From the NCBI RefSeq assembly GCF_011386835.1, contig NC_088807.1, forward strand, positions 25,234,001-25,298,000: 64,000 bases of DNA, given 5' to 3'. This document shows positions 61,014 through 64,000 of this stretch, piece after piece. The stretch comes from Chrysemys picta bellii. Lineage: Eukaryota. The position numbers and the translations under genes are program-made. Numbering within the stretch: the stretch's first letter is position 1; the number at the start of each line of letters is the position of its first letter. The notes beneath the pieces were generated by a model, which was given only the letters and a program-made list of their open reading frames with translations, was not told the DNA's origin and did no database searches.

Positions 61014-61126
61014 ATGTCGCATGGGGCGGGGCAGGGGGCCCGGGATCCCGACCCCCAGCGGGGCCCCCCGACCGTCTACGTCCTGCTGGAGGGACCTCGC
61101 ACGGCCGAGGCCGTCCAGGTGCTGAG
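61014..61126 (+). CDS. TFE3: Transcription factor E3, first coding exon; the remainder lies beyond the window
   Basis: MSHGAGQGARDPDPQRGPPTVYVLLEGPRTAEAVQVL followed by phase-2 donor AG|GTGAGG; cf. human [38 protein letters not shown]. Head-to-head with CCDC120, as in human. Confidence 0.85.
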
Positions 61127-64000
61127 GTGAGGGGGGCAGAGACCCCCGGGACGGGACCCCCCTGTCTGCTGGAGTCCCCCTCCTTCCACGGACCCCCCCT
61201 TCCCCCTGGGGCCCCCTCCCTTCTCGGTCTCCCTCCCCCTCCTTCTTCCTTCCCCCCCAGCATCTGCTCCCCACTTGCGCCAGCCACTCACCCCCCGGTC
61301 CCAGCTCCTGCCCCAAACGGCCCAGGTCCACCCCCCCCGCCCCAATTTCTAGGTAACAGAAACACCCCCCCCCCCCGTCACTAGATTTCCCCCTCTCCAC
61401 CATTCAGGGGATGGGTTGAATCTCCAGGGGGCTGCGGGTCTGGAGTGAGGGGCACCGGCAGAGCTGGGGGGGGGCAGAGCCAGGCTGGCAGGGGCTGCGG
61501 GTCAGGAGTGTGGGGCACCGGCAGAGCTGGGGGGGGGGGGCAGAGCCAGGCTGGCAGGGGCTGCGGGTCTGGAGTGAGGGGCACCGGCAGAGCTGGGAGG
61601 GGCGCACAGGCTGGTGCCCAGGGACGTGGGGTCTCAGTGCCCCTGGCAGCGTCTGGGCACCAGGGGTTGGTGCTGGCAGGAGAGCGACTGGCCAGGGGGC
61701 ACCTGGCGGGGGGTCCTGGGTCGCTGGCTGCATCTGGAGCCAGAAGTGTGTGTGTGTGGGGGGGGGGAGTGGGGCCTAGTGGTTAGAGCAGGGGGCTAGG
61801 AGCCAGGACTCCTGGGTTCTCTCCGCTCACAGAGTTGCTGTAACAGACACCCCCCTCCCCCAACCCTGCTCTACGGACATTTCTGGCCCCTCTCGACCCA
61901 GACCCCCGGGCTCCAGTGTTTGGTTAATGATCCCTGGAGTGGGGGAGGGGGTCACAAGGGGGCTAGTCACTGAAGGTCACTCAGCGACTTGGGGGAAGGC
62001 CTGGAACCAGCCCCCTGCTCTAACCGCCAGCCCCCAGCCCCCTCCCAGAGCCGGGAGAGAACCCAGGAGTCCTGGCCCCCAGCCCCCCCCCCTGTTCTAA
62101 CCACTAGACCCCACTCCCCTCCCAGAACAGGATTGAACCCAGGAGTCCTGGCCTCCAGCCCCCCCCGTTCTAACCACTAGACCCCACTCCCCTCCCAGAG
62201 CCGGGACAGAACCCAGGCGCTCTGCTCGGGGGGGGGGGGGGGTACACTGGAGAAGGCTCTTGCAGAGGGCGGGGGGAGCGGGCTAGATTTCAGACAAGGC
62301 TTCAGTGAGGGGGAGGGAGGGAACTTCACCTTTCCAGGGGAACCGGGGCCAACCGGGGGGAGCCCCCCATCCCCTGACCCGTCCACACCCAAGGCAGCCT
62401 GGAGCTGAGGTGTCTCCCCCCCCGCCGCCTCCCCCCCAGTCTCTGTCACTTCCTCTCCAGCTGCTGAGTCCGTGTCTTTCCCTGCCAATCAATTTCCTTC
62501 CGCCACTGGGAGTCCCAGCCCCCCCCCCCCCATCTGCTGGTGCCCCTCACTCCCGACCGCAGCCCCCTGCACCATGTCATATTGAAAGCAGAAGCGGGTG
62601 TCGGGGGCGGGGGGCTGGAGGTGAAGACTATAACTCTCATCATTGCAATTTCCAAGTGTGTGTGTTTGGGGGGGTATTTTAACCTCCAAAGGTCTGGAAA
62701 GGCCTAAACTCCCTTAACCCTTTGGACCCCATCCCCAGCTGGGGTGTTTGGGGGCTTCAGATGGGGGTGGGGAGGGGCCGGGTGTCTGCAGAGACCCCTC
62801 CAAAGAGCTGTGTAAGTATCTGGGATCAAGGCATCCCCCCTCAATTCCACCCCCCCATAAAAATTGCTCCAGCACCCCTGGATAGAACCCAGGAGTCCTG
62901 GCTCCCAGCCCCCCCTGCTCTACCCCACCAGCCCCCCCCTTCCCTTCCAGAGCTGGGGAGAGAACCCAGGAGTCCTGGCTCCCAGCCCCCCCTGCTCTAA
63001 CCACCAGACCCCACTCCCCTCCCAGAGCTGGGGAGAGAACCCAGGAGTCCTGGCTCCCAGCCCCCCTTGCTCTACCCCACCAGACCCCACTCCCCTCCCA
63101 GAGCTGGGGAGAGAACCCAGGAGTCCTGGCTCCGAGCCCCACATCTTCTAACCCGCAGACCGCACTTCCCTTCTGGAGAACCCAGGAGTCCTGACTCCCA
63201 TCTACCTTGGTTTGGGGCAGACTGGTCATTAAATGACTCCAATGCCCCCCTTTACTGGGGAAGGGGGGGAGGGAGTCCTGGAATGCAGGGGGGGTCCCTT
63301 TAAGGGTGGGTTGCTGCCCCCTGCTGGCCCCGTCACGTTTCATGTGTTCTTTATATTAAAAGCAACAAGCCCAGAAAGTGGTGGGAAAGTCGCAGCGGGC
63401 TCCCCCCGCCCCCCGCGATCACCCCAGTATCTGCTCCCCTTGGGCCGCAGGCCAGAAGCCACCTTTCCCCCTCCCCCCTGGGCAGGGTCTGATCTCTGGG
63501 GGTGGGCAGATCAGAGCTGGGCAAAGGGGGGTCCCCCCCATCCCTGTCCACTAGTGACATTTGTGCCAATTTCTCTTCTGGCCTTTTTTGCCCGGCGCTC
63601 TCCGGGACCAGAGCCGGGGCCTCTCCGGGAGGGGAGGGTGTTCACACCGGCTTGATTCACCTTTGGGAAGTGGGTCGTTTGTTCCCAAACTGTGTGTGTA
63701 TGTGTGGGGGTAGATTGACCCCCCCCGCCACTTCCACGCACGCCCCCCCCCCAACGGTCGCCCCTGGAAGATCTGGCGCACGTTGGTGCCGGGGAGGAAC
63801 GCCCGTTTTTGGCCTGGGGTGGGGGATCGAGAAGCTGGATTTCTCCCAGGCGTGCGCAGATTAGGTCCCTGCTCCTGTTAAGAGATTTGCCCCGGGGATC
63901 AACTGGATCCCAGATCCTGCACAGAGAGCTGGTCCCGCCCCCGTGGATCAACTAGGTCTCAGCTCTGGGTCCTAGGGACCAACGAGATCCCTCTTCCTGT

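Overview
GC-rich vertebrate genomic DNA, most likely a turtle; this is inferred from repeat families and protein divergence. It is homologous to human Xp11.23. Spliced genes were reconstructed by hand from GT-AG junctions with consistent phase. In order: the 3' half of PORCN (+); an intact organic solute transporter alpha (SLC51A)-like paralog (+, 7 exons, 415 aa) whose intron 4 carries a young ~3.7 kb LTR element (CTAG target duplication, tRNA-Ala-type PBS); FTSJ1 (-, 335 aa); an I-mfa/MDFI-family gene (-, ~203 aa); PCSK1N/proSAAS (+, 281 aa); PRAF2 (+, 178 aa); CCDC120 (-, 516 aa); and TFE3 exon 1 (+). Nearly all long ORFs in the supplied track are artefacts of GC-rich minisatellites. The most interesting observations are: (1) the MDFI-family gene looks like the missing fourth ohnolog of the MITF/TFEB/TFEC/TFE3 paralogon and retains the PIEZO-binding C-terminal Cys motif; (2) the OST-alpha paralog has no counterpart at the mammalian locus and ends in a PDZ-type motif; (3) five intronic or intergenic minisatellites each carry a CTCF-like core in every unit, with one convergent set bracketing the OST-alpha-like gene; (4) a 60-bp-period palindrome array in FTSJ1 intron 1; (5) a TGACATCA/CCAAT/GC-box multimer; (6) minisatellites that have duplicated real splice sites. 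No database searches could be run; homology calls rest on remembered sequences.
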